A stretch of 64,000 nt of DNA. Source: an uncultured Methanolobus sp. (lineage in GTDB: Archaea; Halobacteriota; Methanosarcinia; Methanosarcinales; Methanosarcinaceae). This document shows, piece after piece, positions 20,901 through 29,100 of the stretch. Position 1 is the first letter of the stretch. Each line of letters begins with the position of its first letter. The notes under the pieces are model-generated. The model saw only the letters and a list, made by a program, of their open reading frames with translations. It searched no databases and was not told the DNA's origin. The stretch spans positions 960,001-1,024,000 of the forward strand of contig OY776215.1 in NCBI GenBank assembly GCA_963675495.1, in the 5' to 3' direction. Both the position numbers and the translations under genes were made by a program.

Positions 20901-21227
20901 ACAACATCCAGTAGCATTCCAAGTAGTAGTTCAAGTAGTAGCACCGGAACCGAGCTGAAGATCACTGAATCCGGGTCAGGTTCAGCAAATCAAACATTGG
21001 AAGCAAACGGTGGTGCAGGAATGGACATGAACGCACCTGTCCAGGACTCTACAAAATCAACCCCTGACAACTATGTAGAAGGTTATGAAATGACAAAAGA
21101 GACAACTGCAACTACGTCTGAAAACAGTGGCTTTACGGCTAGCAGTTCAGACATAATAGCTTCGGTATTTGTTCTTGGTGCAGTCGGAGCTATGTATATA
21201 GGATTCTGGAGAAGAAGGAAGTTCTAA
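14997..21227 (+). CDS. Secreted, membrane-anchored CobN-like chelatase 3 with 5 diverged head-domain repeats (true start ATG 14997, not 14880)
   Basis: MQMKIKSILILG...AAADEQK signal peptide parallels chelatase 2; HFGTHGTHEWLPG, VPTGRNFY, GRPRIDI; CCHHTCGNP; TM + RRRKF. Confidence 0.9.
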   Translation: MQMKIKSILILGILLLVSLSGIAAADEQKISIMYVAWMPDPALELASQNSLFAGDINYIYIPSYNTTTWTGPSDELIEAANNGLLEEQDIIFCDMLSAAVFDPINTSFSQAHDAGISLIDINSINTPSYFDYISDGTDDDMICNLYNNMGTATETERQNAEHLLKYLAQEYGNHSEITDEWDKIRVLCIAWEPSAALQMASETNKHRDVIEYTYIPSYNTTTWTGPSDELIEAGSSGVLNDQDVIFCDMLASSIYEPMDNVFSNASENGAVFVDLRSADTPDYFDHVYSGSEDNELCNLYNSMGTITEEEIKSSKDFLTFLASEYGDRTDITDDWNKVNILYIAYAPSTALQLASEMSEHTDDIKFSYLPSYNTTTWAGPSDELIEAGNSIFLEKQDVIFCDMLSASVFDPMNSSFYAAQETGASLLDIRSVNTPEYFDYVSNGSIDDTMCNYYNNMGTETDDEQLNAQNLLEYLATEYGDRDEITDTWDNKIKVMYIAYAPAQALELASQNNMHSDEIEYTYIPSYNTTTWAGPSDELLEVASSGLLDEQDVVFFDMVTASVYEPLNDSLISAKNNGVSFVDIRSMNTPEYFDYVSNGSIDDPICNYYNSMGINSEVEKKNAENLLIYLAKEYGNHPEITDNWIAIKVMYIAWAPSDSLATASKTNPYSQNIDYTYIASYNTTTWAGPSDDLLAAGEGGLLEEQDVIFCDMLAGSIFEPIDQFLRNAHDNGTVLVDIRSTNTPDYFDHVYNGSENNTLCNYYNNMGTATGAQLNNAENLLIYLAKELGVNPGLTDDWQYATLGPISLPDVGLYHPDYEGKYFESTDEYLQWYAEDTGTHRMYDPSRPTIGMWMHRSDVKDGHTEVVDALLRDIESKDCNVILGIDTFDDIVKFYCDENNESLVQSVISLKSFRLNYFDNEKGLRELEELDVPVLRGIVVETTNVYDPADENRGIPNGQVVRKTIGPNVDGIFEYIVVGDSTYDPTTETSSYTSRDAQIDWIVNRSINWAELKLNENKDKKVAVIYYNYPSGKDNIGASYLDTISSMRLMLNKMNESDFSVTGIPENNSQLLEMLWAQGINAGSWAPGVMNEMVENKTEWGLQLIPMETYHQWFEEEIPEELKEQVIQEWGEPWSEDLPQNKSLMMWENDIGEKYLVIPTVQFGNVWLMPQPARGFLQNDNALYHSSLVPPPHQYIAFYLWLNNDWDADAIIHFGTHGTHEWLPGQAYGMNRSAEWAPVLLQDLPNIYPYIVANVGEGLTAEYRGNALIIDHMTPTLERSGTYGELANMSRFIQEYYGPEMSLQTKQAYQMAIIDEMVISGVDVDLEVNSTDLYLYSEAEFDIFVKDILHEYLEDIEGENIPYGMHILGEVPSTNATGPYRDELSGMVRSMMGSYFEENVTAAFYPLEEYPLGIPFNDTQVELLVWEVISNGTSPNDAQIMVYGEVNESLNIDLEFGLSCKQNLIDSSIEMDRVILALSGGFIPAGPGTDPVMNPNAVPTGRNFYGVNPELYPSEATWKLGKMLAQQLIDDYYQNHGEYPRKVSFSRFGVEFIRDHGTLEAEALYMMGVQPVWDRNGKVIGVELIPEEELVPDYDTSIAGRPRIDIVYTTAGMRDAFPEKLKMLDNAAKMANLAEPGNYPNYVNISTQAIYTDLYASFLNSTGNETYSADLADTLSTMRCFAVRDGTYEIAVGNAIEASGTWENESEIGELYLDKMGYAYGSELWGYDCSDLLRGNLMNVDASVHSDSSNLYDTLDNDDFFQYFGGLNLATRYVSGKTPDMYVSDTRNPDKAEIVELGRYINVNMRSRYLNDKWIEGMKGSGYAGGRMMAEFVDNLWGWEVSNSELVDDKMWENVFNTYTTDEMKEFFNANNPGAYQSITGRMLEGVRKGYIDLPDDAVNKLVKDYMESVAENGATCCHHTCGNPSLDTFVQGNIPADFSQQTIDAYKNQMFEATLRKELQTQPSESTTTSSSIPSSSSSSSTGTELKITESGSGSANQTLEANGGAGMDMNAPVQDSTKSTPDNYVEGYEMTKETTATTSENSGFTASSSDIIASVFVLGAVGAMYIGFWRRRKF
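15080..17395 (+). repeat. 5 diverged ~155-aa tandem domains in chelatase 3
   Basis: Motif series SYNTTTWxGPSD, QDxIFCDM, TPxYFD, CNxYNxMG, (N)AExLLxYLAxExG recurs five times. Confidence 0.9.
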
Positions 21228-21236
21228 AGTGTTTTT

Positions 21237-21275
21237 GGTGCTTTTCAAAAAAAGCACCTTTCTTTTTTATTTTTT
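21237..21275 (+). terminator. Terminator after chelatase 3
   Basis: GGTGCTTTT..AAAAGCACC hairpin (compensatory change vs copy 2) + oligo-T. Confidence 0.8.
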
Positions 21276-21444
21276 CAAAGTTAATGAATTGTTTTATAAG
21301 TATAAACATGTATAATTGTTTTTACTAACATATGTAAATCTAATATTAATTTACATCGTGTTTTCGAATACGCGTATAATTTAAATTAATTCTACGTAAA
21401 ATGAGGATGATAATCAAGATGTTTTGAATTAATAAAACAATGGT

Positions 21445-21512
21445 CATGAACACTCCTGTTCAGCCGCCAAGCAATTGCAGGAGTGTCCAACACATTGTCG
21501 GGGGACAATATG
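21445..21512 (+). promoter_or_regulatory. Conserved two-hairpin leader element, copy 3
   Basis: ACACTCCTG..AGCCGCCAAGCAA..CAGGAGTGT perfect 9-bp stem, then ATTGTC-GGGG-GACAAT directly before ATG 21510. Confidence 0.7.
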
Positions 21513-21620
21513 CAGTGTAAATATATAATATTGTTAATATTAAGTTTTTCCCTATTTTTTTCAATAACGAATGTATCATCAATTGATTATCGTAGTATAG
21601 ATCAAACAAACTTGATTTAA
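21510..21620 (+). other. 36-codon ORF resembling a decayed chelatase signal peptide (relic or leader peptide)
   Basis: MQCKYIILLILSFSLFFSITNVSSIDYRSIDQTNLI* vs MQLKIKSILLVSILLL of paralog 2; sits where paralogs 2 and 3 start relative to the leader element. Confidence 0.5.
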
Positions 21621-21657
21621 ATCAACTTACATGACTAACTTGGTGGTGAGGTACGAT

Positions 21658-24600
21658 ATGGTACTTAAAAACATTAAAAGATACAAAAATATCTTTGCAG
21701 CAGCCCTTATAATAGTATTCTTAGCAACAGCATTTGCTGCTGCGGAGAGTGCTGGTAACGATACAATAAATTCAACAGGCAATACAGTAGATGCAGCTTT
21801 ATCTGAAAACGATACAATTGATGCAAATACTTCTACTATAGTGAAAATTCCGGACATGGATATAAAGCCAAAAATAAGCTACGTGCTGTCGCGTCCTTAT
21901 GCGGTTACACTTATGCAGAACGTAGCTGCAGACCCTCAGATAAGCTCACAGATGGACATAAGCATCTATCTTGGCACATCCTATGCAGACCTGGGTTTTG
22001 ACCTGAGCGATCAGGATCTGGTTGTTCTGAGAAACCTCGATGCCTATGTTGTGGACACTATCGCACCAACAGTAAATGAAGCGAAAACAAACGGTGCACA
22101 CGTTGTCTCAATAGGAGAGACCCTGGAAGCCTATGGACTTCATAACGTAAATATATCAGACCCGGAATACTTCGATATCAACCTGTATCAGACATACTCA
22201 TCTCAGGAAAATTTCAAAGGACTCACGACTTTCCTGGGAGTTAAGTTCTTCGGTTTGAACTATAGTATCACAGCACCTGTGGAAAGACCTGTCTACGGCA
22301 TCTATCATCCTCTTGCGCCCCAAATATATGGAAATCTTACTGATTACCTTGATTGGTATAGTTCAACAGGAACATATGATGCAGACAGACCTACCATTGC
22401 GATAGTAACTACCAGTTACATAAGAGTGGAAAGGGATATGCCCCTGCTTGACCCACTTGTTGAGGATATAGAAGGAAAAGGATACAACGCAATTGTAACA
22501 ACTTATGCCTACAAGGATGATAAGTCCCTGAGCTACCTTATGAAGGACAACAGATCCATTGCAGATGCTGCTATTGTGATCTCACGTGGGTCACGCCTTC
22601 ATTATTCTGATAACGAACATGGAATTTCCGACCTGCAGACACTTAACATAACTGTCCTGAACGGTGCCCGCCTGTTCTCAGGAGTCAGTGTGGAAGAATG
22701 GGAGAACAGTGTTCATGGTGTGCCACCTGCCCAGCAGTATCAGGTAGCCTACGCAGAACTTGACGGGATCATCGAACCAATTGTAATCAGCGGAAAAGCC
22801 ATAGATGAAGCAACTGGAATCGAATATAACCAGCCAATTGATTATCAGATAGACTGGCTCGTCGACAGAACAATAGCCTGGGCTGAACTACACCAGAAAT
22901 CAAATTCAGAGAAGAAAGTGGTCATACCATATTATAACCCGGAAGGTGGTAAAGCAGACATGGGTGCGGATATTGATTACTATCTTGACGCACAGGCAAG
23001 TCTGGCAAACATTCTTGAAGCTATGCAAGAGAGAGGTTATGACGTTGGCAGTGAACCACTTCCAAATTCCAGCGAACTTGCAGGTATGATGATGGAAAGC
23101 GGGCACAATATTGGTAGCTGGGCTCCCGGAGAACTGACCGAATGTGTTGAAAATGGCAGCACAATACTCATACCTGAATCCCAGTACATGGAATGGTTCG
23201 AAGAACTCCCACAGGATAAAATTGATGAAATGACAGCAATGTGGGGTGAAGCACCTGGAAATATCATGGTCTATGAGAATTCCACAGACAAATATCTGGT
23301 CATACCTGTGCTCGAATTTGGAAATGTTCTTCTTGCACCTGACCCACAACACGGATGGTCCTCAAGTGAAAAAGCAATGTATAACAATGCTTCATATCCG
23401 CCAACACATCAGTGTTTTGCTTTTTACAAGTACATGTCAAGGGAATACGAAGCTGATGCATTGTTCACCATATTCTCAAGCGTTGAGCTGATGCCCGGTA
23501 AAGAATGCGGTCTTTCCGCAAAGGACTGGGGAGCACTCTTACTTGAAGATATGCCACATATCCACGTACTTCCAATGGACGCAGAAGGTGTCTTTGACAG
23601 AAGAAGAGCAAATATGCTCATCATTGATTTCATGACACCGACAATAGTGCCGGCAGGTCTTTATGGCGACCTTGCAAACCTCCAGCAGGAGATCACATTA
23701 TTCAAACAGGCAACAGACAGCGCGGTGAAAGAGAGTTACAGGGAGAGCATCATAAACCAGACAAGAAACCTGAGCCTTGACAATGACCTCAGTGTTGACC
23801 TGGACCCAATTTCAGGTGATGCAGACCTTACAGATACTTTCATTGATGAACTCTCGGATTATCTCTATGAACTGAAGACTGCCTACATGCCGTATGGATC
23901 TCACATACTTGGTGAGGTTCCTGAAGGCGAAAGTCTCATCATGCTCATAAAAGGGATGCTTGGAGACGAATATGTAGATCATGTGGAAACACTTGGTGGA
24001 AACGAGGAAATTTCAATCTTACTATTGAATGAAACAATACTGAACGGAAGCACCCCTTACGATGCGCAATTAAAGGTACTTGGTCAGAACTCCACAGAAC
24101 TTGGAAGTGATCTGGATCTGGCTCTTGAATATATGGGAAGGATACAGGACTGTGAATGTGAGATTACTAAGATACTCGATGCACTTGATGGTACGTATAT
24201 CACACCGGGACCATCCGGTGACCCTATCAGGAACCCTGATGCATTGCCAACAGGCAGGAATCTCTACACATTTGATGACCGCCTTATACCTACAAAAGCA
24301 GCATGGGATGTTGGTTCACAACTTGCAGACGATATGCTTGTATTGAAACTTGAAGAAGATGGTCAATATCCTGAAAAGATAGCTTTCCTGCTATGGTCTG
24401 TGGAAACCACAAGAAACCAGGGTGTCATGGAATCCGAGATATTCAAACTTCTGGGAGTAGAACCCTATTATGACAGCAAGAACAGAGTAAAAGGGTTCAC
24501 ACTAATCGATTCCGAGGAACTTGGCAGATCAAGGGTAGACGTGATGGTGTTAACCTCAGGTCTTTACCGTGATGTGTATCCAAGCAAGATAGAACTCATA

Positions 24601-25935
24601 GATGAAGCTATCAGAATGGCAGCAAGAGCTGACAATGATACATATCCCAACTATGTCAGACTACATTCCAATGAAACATATCAGGGTCTCATAGATGAAG
24701 GATACAATGAATCAGTGGCATACAACCTATCAGTTTCAAAGATATTCTGCCCTCCACCCGGCGGATATACACCGGGAATCCAGGAAGCCATAAGCAGTGA
24801 TACATGGGAAGATTCAGACGAGATAGCCGACCTCTACATTGACAGGATGGGATACATCTATGGTCAGGAAATATGGGGAGAGCATTACTCAAGCGTATTG
24901 AAGAAAAACCTTGCAGATGTTGATACTGCAGTGTTTAGCAGAACATCGAATCTTTACGGTGTGCTTGACCACAATATGGTAGCCGCTTATTTCGGTGGTT
25001 TGAGCATGTCAGTTGAAAGAATCAGCGGCTCTGCACCTGACATGTATATCAACGATCTCAGCAGCTCTGCAGATATTGAAACCCTAAGTGAGTTCCTTAA
25101 CAAGGACTTACGCTCACGTTACCTTAATCCAAACTGGATAGAAGGAATGATGGGTAACGGTTTTGACGGTACAAGATATATGGATTCAGTCTTTGAAGTC
25201 CTGCGTGTGTTTGATGTAACAGACCCATCTCTTGTTACTGATGACATGTGGAATGAGATGTATGATGTCTACGTCGAGGACAAATATGACCTTGGTGTAA
25301 ACGATTACCTTGAAACTACAAATCCATATGCTTCTCAGTCAATGAAGGCTACATTAATGGAGTCCATTCGCACGGGCTATTGGAACCCATCAGATGAAGT
25401 TACCCAAAAAATCGTGAAGGAATACGTTGAATCGGTTAACGAAAATGATGTTACCTGCTGCCACCATACCTGCGGCAATCCATTGCTGGATAAGTTCATA
25501 CAAGAGAATATGGATGCAGCAGACATTAGTCAGCAAGATCAGGAAGACTACAAGAAAAAAATGTACGATGCAACCCTGAGAGAAGTGATTCAGACACCAC
25601 AAACTGAACAAGAAGAAACGGTTAGCAGACAAAGTAGCAGTTCAGCTGGAACGGATTTGAAAATCGTTGAAGCCAGTTCAGGTTCAGGGTCGACCAACCA
25701 GACAACTGCGACTGATTCCGGAGCAGGGATGGATGCTGACACACCTGTACAGGATGTACAACGATCTACACCGGATGATTACGTAGAAGGTTATGAAATG
25801 ACAAAGGAAAGTGTCACGAATACCGAAAGCTCAAGCGGTTTCTCAGTAACAGGTTCGGAGCTGGCAGCTTCTATACTTGTGCTTGCCGGAGTAGGAGCTA
25901 TGTATGTAGGATTCTGGAGAAGGAGGAAATTATGA
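21658..25935 (+). CDS. Secreted, membrane-anchored CobN-like protein 4 lacking the conserved His motifs (ORF track start 21631)
   Basis: GGTGAGG SD before ATG 21658; signal peptide ending AFAAA; CobN core (LPTGRNLY, SGLYRD) but FTIFSSVELMPGK and IIDFMTP; CCHHTCGNP; TM + RRRKL. Confidence 0.88.
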   Translation: MVLKNIKRYKNIFAAALIIVFLATAFAAAESAGNDTINSTGNTVDAALSENDTIDANTSTIVKIPDMDIKPKISYVLSRPYAVTLMQNVAADPQISSQMDISIYLGTSYADLGFDLSDQDLVVLRNLDAYVVDTIAPTVNEAKTNGAHVVSIGETLEAYGLHNVNISDPEYFDINLYQTYSSQENFKGLTTFLGVKFFGLNYSITAPVERPVYGIYHPLAPQIYGNLTDYLDWYSSTGTYDADRPTIAIVTTSYIRVERDMPLLDPLVEDIEGKGYNAIVTTYAYKDDKSLSYLMKDNRSIADAAIVISRGSRLHYSDNEHGISDLQTLNITVLNGARLFSGVSVEEWENSVHGVPPAQQYQVAYAELDGIIEPIVISGKAIDEATGIEYNQPIDYQIDWLVDRTIAWAELHQKSNSEKKVVIPYYNPEGGKADMGADIDYYLDAQASLANILEAMQERGYDVGSEPLPNSSELAGMMMESGHNIGSWAPGELTECVENGSTILIPESQYMEWFEELPQDKIDEMTAMWGEAPGNIMVYENSTDKYLVIPVLEFGNVLLAPDPQHGWSSSEKAMYNNASYPPTHQCFAFYKYMSREYEADALFTIFSSVELMPGKECGLSAKDWGALLLEDMPHIHVLPMDAEGVFDRRRANMLIIDFMTPTIVPAGLYGDLANLQQEITLFKQATDSAVKESYRESIINQTRNLSLDNDLSVDLDPISGDADLTDTFIDELSDYLYELKTAYMPYGSHILGEVPEGESLIMLIKGMLGDEYVDHVETLGGNEEISILLLNETILNGSTPYDAQLKVLGQNSTELGSDLDLALEYMGRIQDCECEITKILDALDGTYITPGPSGDPIRNPDALPTGRNLYTFDDRLIPTKAAWDVGSQLADDMLVLKLEEDGQYPEKIAFLLWSVETTRNQGVMESEIFKLLGVEPYYDSKNRVKGFTLIDSEELGRSRVDVMVLTSGLYRDVYPSKIELIDEAIRMAARADNDTYPNYVRLHSNETYQGLIDEGYNESVAYNLSVSKIFCPPPGGYTPGIQEAISSDTWEDSDEIADLYIDRMGYIYGQEIWGEHYSSVLKKNLADVDTAVFSRTSNLYGVLDHNMVAAYFGGLSMSVERISGSAPDMYINDLSSSADIETLSEFLNKDLRSRYLNPNWIEGMMGNGFDGTRYMDSVFEVLRVFDVTDPSLVTDDMWNEMYDVYVEDKYDLGVNDYLETTNPYASQSMKATLMESIRTGYWNPSDEVTQKIVKEYVESVNENDVTCCHHTCGNPLLDKFIQENMDAADISQQDQEDYKKKMYDATLREVIQTPQTEQEETVSRQSSSSAGTDLKIVEASSGSGSTNQTTATDSGAGMDADTPVQDVQRSTPDDYVEGYEMTKESVTNTESSSGFSVTGSELAASILVLAGVGAMYVGFWRRRKL

Positions 25936-25944
25936 AGTGTTTTT

Positions 25945-25980
25945 GACGCTTTTGATGAAAAAGCGTCTTTCCTTTTTTTT
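25945..25980 (+). terminator. Terminator after chelatase 4
   Basis: GACGCTTTT..AAAAGCGTC hairpin + oligo-T. Confidence 0.8.
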
Positions 25981-26132
25981 ATAGAATTGTGTCAACATGT
26001 ATTAAAATAAATAGTAAAAATATACTTTTTTTCATATATTCACTGTGTTTTATATAGGTGCTTGACCGAATATATATACTAGTTAAGATACTTCTAATTC
26101 TATATCTCAGCACAAAAACAGGAAATTGGCTT

Positions 26133-29100
26133 ATGAATCTAAAAAAAATCATATTCATCTGCATTATTATGATCCTGCTTTCTTCTATGACCGTTGCGGC
26201 AAATGATGACAATCAAATCCTTTTGAAATCATCCTGTTTAGATACAGACATCGTATCAACACAAAAAGAAAACTTTCGGGATGAACCAAAAACAATTCCA
26301 ATGTCCGGATTAATTGAATGCTCTGATAAATACTATATAGTACAATTTGAAGGACCAATTATTCAGGAATGGAAAGATGAGATTCAAACTATAGGAGTTG
26401 AATTTTTTGATTATATTCCAAACAATGCTTTTGTGCTCAGGATGAATGAAACTGAAAGGCGTCTTGTTGACTCACTTGAATTTATACGTTGGACAGGGGA
26501 ATATCTGCCGGAATATAAGTGCACATCCGATATAGTAACCATTCCTGATAAGAATATAACATCAGACTCCGAGAACATAATTGATCTGGTAGTGTTTGTT
26601 TTTGACCCGGATGAAATTTCAAGAATAGAATTGGATATCTTAGCAATCGACGGATTAGTATTTGAAAGATCAGATACTATCCTGGGAATACGGATAGAAA
26701 CAAAGAATATTGAGAAGCTTTCTTTCATCGATGGGATAAGCTGGATAGAGCAATACGAAGATCCTTTCTTATCAAACGATGTTGCAACAAGTATAATCAA
26801 TGTTGACACGGTACAAAACACATTGGATCTGAAAGGATTTGGTCAAATTGTCGCAGTTTGTGATACAGGACTTGACACCGGAGTGAATGACGACTCAATA
26901 CACGCTGATATTAGAGGCAGAATCCTTAGTATCACTGATCTCTCAGGTGATGGAGCCGCAGATATCAGTGGCCACGGCACTCACGTGGCAGGCTCTGTTC
27001 TTGGAAACGGAGCAATGTCAAGTGGACAATATGCAGGCATGGCACCCGAAGCTTCACTTATATTCCAGGCTGTCGAAACAAATGACGGAGCACTTTCCGG
27101 AATACCGGTCAATCTTTATAGTATCTTCCAGCCTGCATATGATGCAGGGGCAAGGATACATACTAACAGTTGGGGAGTTAATGCCAGTGGAGTATATAAT
27201 TTCCGTTCATACTACGTAGATCATTTTGCATGGAATAACCCTGATATGTTGATACTCTTCTCTTCCGGCAATGAAGGGAAAGACCTTGACTCGGATGGAC
27301 TGGTCGACCCTGATTCGCTGAATTCGCCCGGAACTGCAAAGAACTGTATAACTGTCGGAGCATCTGAAAATGACAGGGGAGAAACATTTTCAATCGGCTG
27401 GTATTCAACATGGGGCACACGCTGGCCATCTTTGTTCGATGAAGATCCACTAAAAAATGACTATATGGCTGACGATAGCAATGGAATTGCTGCTTTCAGC
27501 AGCAGAGGACCAACAGATGACGGAAGGATCAAACCCGACATAGTTGCCCCCGGTACATTTATAATTTCTACAAGGTCAAGTCGAGCCACCTGGTATGATT
27601 GGGGTGTTGTTCAGGAGAATCCAAGTTATGCATATTTAGGCGGATCAAGTATGTCCACACCAATTGTTGCAGGCTCTGCAGCTCTTGTCAGGGAGTACTA
27701 TACCGAAATAGAAAAAGTGACAGATCCAAGTGCTTCATTGATGAAAGCAACTTTGCTTAATGGCGCATACGATATGACACCAGGACAATATGGCGAAGGA
27801 ACTACACAGGATATCGACGGCAGACCTGACTACTCACAAGGATGGGGACGTCTTGATGTCGATAACTCAATACTGGCAGAATACCCGGAAGTAATAGCAT
27901 ATTTCGATTATATTCCGATAAATAGTACTTCTGATTCATGGGACCACACATACGACTATGCAAAAAGTGGCCAAGAAATAAAAGCAACGCTTGTATGGAC
28001 TGATTTTCCAGGAACACCTGCCACATCAAAAGCACTTGTAAACGATTTGGATCTGACGATAACAGGCCCATCGGGAACATATTACGGCAACGATGGCCCG
28101 GACCACACAAACAACGTTGAAGGAATTGAAATCGAAAACGTTGTTGAAGGCGACCATACAATTGAAGTTGAAGCATATAATTTACCCAAGGCCCCACAAA
28201 ACTTTGCACTGGTATGCGCCTTTACCTGCGATAATAATGAGTACCCTGCAAATGGATCATATGCAGAGAACAGTACAACTGAAGTATCAGCCGATATCGT
28301 GCACCCTGGAGGCGTGGACCAGGATTCTATAGATTTAGAAATAAACGGTGTCCATGTGGCTTTCAATACTTCCACTATACAGGACGGATATAGAATATGG
28401 CACAATACACCTATTCCTTACGCAAGTGGAGAAAATAATGCATTTATCACAGCCCTGACAGATAGTGGTCAACAATTTTCCTACACTTGGACGTTCAATA
28501 TCAGACCTGAGATAAGCAACTTCAAGTTTGAAGGACTTGAACCGATAGTTGAAGGACTTGTAGATGAAGAAGCAAAGACGGTAACTCTTTCAGTGCCTTA
28601 TGGAACCGATATAAACGCACTGGTTCCAACAATAGCACATACCGGAGTAAGCATTGCGCCAAATACGGGAATTGCACAAGATTTCACTAATCCAGTAACA
28701 TATACTGTAACGGCAGAAGATGCCAGCACACAACAATATACAGTTACGGTGAATATAGCTCCAAACACAGCTAAAGAAATAACAAGTTTTGATTTTGAAG
28801 GATTAAATCCGGAAGTAGTAGGGCTAGTGGACGAAACAACAAAAACAGTAACTCTCACAGTACCTTATGGAACCGATGTTAACGCCCTGATTCCAACAAT
28901 AATACATACCGGAGTAAGCATATCGCCAAATACGGGAATTGCACAAGATTTCACGAATCCGGTAACGTATACTGTAACGGCAGAAGATGCCAGCACACAA
29001 CAATATACAGTTACGGTGAATATAGCTCCAAACACAGCCAAAGAAATAACAAGTTTTGATTTTGAAGGATTAAATCCGGAAGTAGTAGGGCTAGTGGACG

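Noticed and set aside
3084-25935. Ordinary aerobic cobalamin-biosynthesis cobN genes
   Set aside because: Signal peptides, TM anchors, and no cobS/cobT/chlID or other cob genes in the window; gene symbol withheld
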